A stretch of DNA of 64,000 nt, taken from positions 37,048 to 101,047 of the forward strand of contig CAVYAN010000031.1 in the NCBI GenBank assembly GCA_963766075.1, written 5' to 3'. This document shows, one piece after another, positions 62,897-64,000 of the stretch. The DNA is from an uncultured cyanobacterium (GTDB taxonomy: Bacteria > Cyanobacteriota > Cyanobacteriia > Leptolyngbyales > Leptolyngbyaceae). The position numbers were made by a program, and so were the translations under genes. Within the stretch, counting starts at the first letter, position 1, and every line of letters begins with the position of its first letter. Under the pieces are notes generated by a model. The model saw only the letters and a program-made list of their open reading frames with translations, searched no databases and was not told where the DNA came from.

Positions 62897-64000
62897 ATGA
62901 AAAAATGTTTTCTGACGTTACTTCAATTTCTCAGTCAAACAAAAGTTGGATGCTTCAAGCTGTTTCATCGTTCTCAACGAATTATTATCACCGCATTTCT
63001 TACCACTGCGCTAGTATTTTTTTCCCAGCAGGTTCAAGCATTTAATATTTTCAATGAAGTTCATAATTGTCTCAACGGTGGCTGTGACCCTACTAAACCG
63101 GAAGTTATTCAAAGCGTTACTAATCGGGTAGAGGAAGTTAGTAAGATAATCGAGAGTGCGAATTGGGAAAAAGTCGCTGAGTACTATAACAATCCTAGTT
63201 CTGCTTACCGTGCTCTTTGGGGGGAACTTTCCAACGTTGCAGATAGAGCGCTTAACGGTGTTATTAGTCGCAATTTTGGTCATATAACTAATAAGAGGGA
63301 ATTGCGACGTGCTCTTGAAAGCCAAGGCATTGTCATCTATGGACTTGAGATAAGTCATGATGAATACTACACGGCGACAACTTATGCTGCTGCGTCTGTA
63401 GCTTCAGAAAATCCTGCTCCGCTCATTTCCTACTTCAACGACTTAGCATATCGTAGCTATAGTGAAATGTTACTAAACTTAAAGAAAGCGATTGAACGCC
63501 TTCAGGGGCAGTATGCGGCAGAACTGCAACAATTAGAAAAAACTCTCAGCGTCGAATATATTGCCACTGCTTTGGCAAGCTATGTTAGTACTGGAAAAGT
63601 CCCTGACATATCCGTCGATATAGATTTATCTACTGCCAATATCCGTTTTGGTATTTTAACTTACAGTCGTGGAGAAAGAACTCCTGCTGGGACGATTGTA
63701 ACACCAAACACACATCAGCCTTACATAATTGTTACACCACCTGGATTAAGTGTAAAAATTGCACAAACTATAGAAGCTTACACTATTCCACAAGGTCAGA
63801 TAGTATCTTTTCAAGATACTAACGATCTGGTAGCAATTTCAAAGAGTGGAACAGGAAGTGGTACAACGGAAGTTCACATTCTTTCAGGAGCTAGCAACTT
63901 TCAGCAGTTTATTCTACACACCGGAACCGCACTGCATGAAACTGGAAATACCTTCAATTTTGGAATGGCTGATTGGGACAGGGATGGTCAATCAGATCGG
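62897..64000 (+). CDS. Secreted protein with FG-GAP/VCBS-like repeat; putative first gene cassette (runs off the window)
   Basis: Open frame from ATG 62897 to the end; signal peptide ...QQVQA-F; DLVAISKSGTGSGTTEVHILSGAS...DWDRDGQSD; AT-rich, no HIP1 seen. Confidence 0.75.
   Translation, partial: MKKCFLTLLQFLSQTKVGCFKLFHRSQRIIITAFLTTALVFFSQQVQAFNIFNEVHNCLNGGCDPTKPEVIQSVTNRVEEVSKIIESANWEKVAEYYNNPSSAYRALWGELSNVADRALNGVISRNFGHITNKRELRRALESQGIVIYGLEISHDEYYTATTYAAASVASENPAPLISYFNDLAYRSYSEMLLNLKKAIERLQGQYAAELQQLEKTLSVEYIATALASYVSTGKVPDISVDIDLSTANIRFGILTYSRGERTPAGTIVTPNTHQPYIIVTPPGLSVKIAQTIEAYTIPQGQIVSFQDTNDLVAISKSGTGSGTTEVHILSGASNFQQFILHTGTALHETGNTFNFGMADWDRDGQSDR

Noticed and set aside
63011..63358. 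115-aa minus-strand ORF in the track
   Set aside because: Antisense to the longer plus-strand ORF, which has a signal peptide and a recognisable repeat.

Overview
A 64 kb chromosomal segment from a cyanobacterium (abundant HIP1 octamer GCGATCGC, psaAB, nblA, pds-crtB). The middle ~60 kb is mostly housekeeping: tRNA-Leu, an SNF2 helicase, rlmN, crtB/pds, psaA-psaB, thrC-like plus MoaD/ThiS, lysA-cdaA-uppS, rimI-clpC, nusB-ftsY and argH. Six genes, including psaB and clpC, carry single-base frameshifts that look like assembly errors. The main unusual feature is that both ends carry inverted, diverged copies of one ~0.85 kb module (about 46-934 on +, 61669-62517 on -). Each copy has the last ~40 codons of an integron integrase, a variable array of 21-bp tandem repeats, a conserved sigma70-type promoter, a ~225-nt leader with alternative hairpins and a sequestered Shine-Dalgarno, and a small conserved ORF of unknown function. 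The right copy abuts an attI-like 41-bp-periodic palindrome array with a GTTRRRY core, followed by an AT-rich cassette-like gene for a secreted protein. The left copy follows a GTTRRRY site and lies just past the tRNA-Leu 3' end. Family names come from motif recognition only; no searches were run.
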